From Sphaerodactylus townsendi (Eukaryota), in NCBI RefSeq assembly GCF_021028975.2, contig NC_059432.1:6448001-6512000 (forward strand): a DNA stretch of 64,000 nucleotides, read 5' to 3'. This document shows, piece by piece, positions 61,301-64,000 of this stretch; the stretch's first letter is position 1; each line of letters begins with the position of its first letter. A program made the position numbers and the translations under genes. Below the pieces are notes generated by a model. That model saw nothing but the letters and a program-made list of their open reading frames with translations. It was not told where the DNA came from and did not search any database.

Positions 61301-62883
61301 ACTGTGGCAGCTCTAGTTCATGGTCAGCACATGCGACGTTTGAAGGTGCAGAGAGAGAGACTGCCAACTCACCCATGTGCAAATCTGCACGTATTTGATT
61401 GTGCCCTCAGTCACAGTGAACTGAAACCATCACGTGGTTGTTGCATGAAATCTAAGAGGTCGAGCTGGGGTCCCCAAGAGGTCACTGTGACTGCTGCTAC
61501 CAGCAAAGACCCAGGGAATCACATTTCAAATTGAAATTAAAATGCATTAGAAGGAAGTCAGACTATAAATAAACAACCAGCTAACAAGTATCTCCTCGAC
61601 GCCTCTTCAAAGAGGCACACACTTAATCTGCACAAATAATTGCGCTCTGCCCAATGCGAGTGAATGACACTTTTTCATCTACTTTTGCCTTTTTTATGAG
61701 AGTTGATGGTAATCTCCAGAGAAACAATGTGATTTGTAATAAAAAGGTTACCTGTATTAAATAAAAATAATATCTACACAGGAAATATTGTTAGTGCCAC
61801 AAATCTGGTTAAAGATATTACCATCCAGAAAAATGTAATTTTTTGCAGCTGTCTAATGTGTTTTGGAGGAAGTAATATCTTTAAAACGCAAGCCTGTATT
61901 ATTTATAAAGAAAGCAATAACTGATTTGCAGAATTCCTTATATTAATAACTTTATTTGCATATGTTTATATTGGAATTAATGGGTTTTCTTTCTCTCTGA
62001 GTGCAAAAAAACTGCACAGAACGGGAGATAGGAAAACCCAGAACAACTTTTAAAACTATTGGGAAGAAAAAACAGCAACCTGGATCTCTTTTTTGGGCTG
62101 CCAAGTGGAAGGTAGCAAGCAGATCCAAAAGAAGGATCCTGAATTCACTGTGGCCCATTCTGTACAACACAAATAAAAAATTGAATCAAATAAACTAAAA
62201 TGTCTTAAGGACATTTTATTAAAAAGTGTTTTGGAGTGGAATTTTGCAGTTTTCCCCCCCAGCGCATTAGGAAGATGTTTCATGTTTCCTCCAAGTGTTT
62301 TATTTCAAAAACATGAAACTATCCGCTTTTCCCCTGAAGTCACTTTGGAAACATTTCCTGCTTGGTCTGTGCAGAGACCAGGAAACAGTTTAATCTCCAC
62401 TCCCTTTTAGGAGCTCTTACTTTAATTTTTGCCACCACTCACGCCCGCCATTTTCTGCCCCTGCAGGATTCTCTTTGGCCAATTTCCCACTTCAATTGAA
62501 AGCGGAGGCAGACCGTACTCATGAGAAACGGGTGTTCTTGAGCGCGGGTGAATGCCTCCCCACCCCAGTCAGCCTTCACCCTCCCTCCCTCCCGTGACCA
62601 TTCTTCCCTCGCGCGCTCTCCAGCCCACAGCGCCGGTGACTCAACCCAAGGGGGGCGGGGCGGAGGGTGATCCACGCCCAGAGCCAGCAGAGGGAAAAGG
62701 CTCTGCACTGGGTTTTCCAAAAGGCACCCTTCCGTGCAGGAGCGGAAAAGACGCGCGCTGAGGAGCCAGAAGAGCAGCAGAATCGGGGTGGCTGCGTTGT
62801 CGCCAGTGGTGCAGTGGGGAGTGCACCGTAACCCCGGGTTACTTGCTGTGAGTACCCCGCACCAAACAGAGAGTGGGGAAACT

Positions 62884-63325
62884 GCCTGTGTCGCTTGCCA
62901 TTTGCAGAAGGTTCCCACGGAGTTTCCTCTGCTTGCAGCTCATCTGTTCGCAATTTCCGTCTAAAAAGTATGTGTATAAAGTTAGTTTTCATAGCTGATT
63001 TGGTACACGTGCCATTTTTCCTCATTTTGAATCAGCAATGAGAACTAATTTTATACACATACTTTTTAGACGGAAATTGCTAACAGATGAGCTGCAAGTG
63101 GAGGAAACTCCGTGGGAACCTTCTGCAAATGGCGAGCGACACAGAGAATCTTGAAGCAGCACAAAACGTGAGAGCTCTAACGGGGGGGGGGGGCGGAAGG
63201 TGGATAAAGGAACCATTTTGGGGTGAAACACTTTATTTGTCAACCTTATGCAGACAAAAACAGCCAAAACAATTCTTTCTAGAACATCTGCAAGAAGTTT
63301 TATTTGTGTTGTGCGGAACGGGCCA
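62884..63325. mobile_element. Related palindromic Harbinger-like element (partial)
   Basis: Inverted arms at about 62884-63000 and 63030-63143 share tttcctctgcttgcagctcatctg with the 43739 element; TIR-like end tgtgcggaacgggcc. Confidence 0.7.
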
Positions 63326-64000
63326 TAGTCTTCCACTCAGGAGTCCAAAGTTGGAATGCAAAGCATTCCATCTGGGTGTGAAAAGGACATTCAACACGCA
63401 GGCTTGGACTAGTCCTCCTGAATTGGCATTTGGCCCTTCTTCATTGAATAAGGAAATCAAGATAATCCCAGGCCCAGCCAGGGAATATCCGTATTACCCG
63501 TATTCTGTGGTGTCTCATTTGTGATGTCTAGCCTAGCCAGTTTGTCACATTTCACTCCTATTTTGTTCTGCCCTTCCAAACATCTTTCCTGCCGAGGGTC
63601 ACTGACTTCCTGGTGCATTTTGGAGATCTCCCAAATTGACATGTGATCTACAGACTGCCAAGATTAGTTTCCCTGGAAGAAGAGTTTGGATTTATACCAC
63701 ACTTTTCTCAACCAAAGGGAGTCTCAAAGTAGCTTACAAACTCCATCTCTTCTTCTCCTCCTCACAACCGATGCCTTATGAAGTAGGTGGGGCTGAGAGA
63801 GTTCTCAGAGAACTGTGTCCAAGATCACCCAGCATGTTGAAAGGGTTGAAAAAACAAACCCAGTTCACCAGATAAGAGTTGGCTACTCATGCCGAGGAGT
63901 GGGGAATCAAACCCTGTTCTCCAATTAATGACCACTGCTCTTAACCACTCTACCAAAATGGACACAAGGGCAGTTTCAGAGAGTGCGCTCCATGGCATCC

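Overview
This is vertebrate genomic DNA, almost certainly squamate and probably gecko-like, judging by the repeats (CORE/Squam3-like and 5S-derived SINEs, CR1, L2, L1, Penelope, hAT and Harbinger-like MITEs). It has four N-gaps. Two genes end convergently. The last coding exon of VSTM4 is on + (9341-9466) and carries ITIM and ITSM motifs. The last 11 coding exons of WDFY4 are on - (58979 down to 25323); they splice with GT-AG boundaries into one open frame of 1548 nt (C-terminal BEACH domain plus WD40 repeats, no FYVE). This matches the arrangement I recall at human 10q11. Most other ORFs in the track are noise or transposon-derived; the 565-aa ORF is a 5'-truncated but frame-intact CR1 reverse transcriptase. 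I see no convincing new multi-gene system. The best leads are enhancer-like non-repeat blocks, nested and palindromic MITEs with readable TSDs (two flank a symmetric WDFY4 exon), a 5'-inverted L2 insertion, a duplication inside the young CR1, and a NAGNAG acceptor. Gene and repeat names come from recalled sequences, not from database searches.
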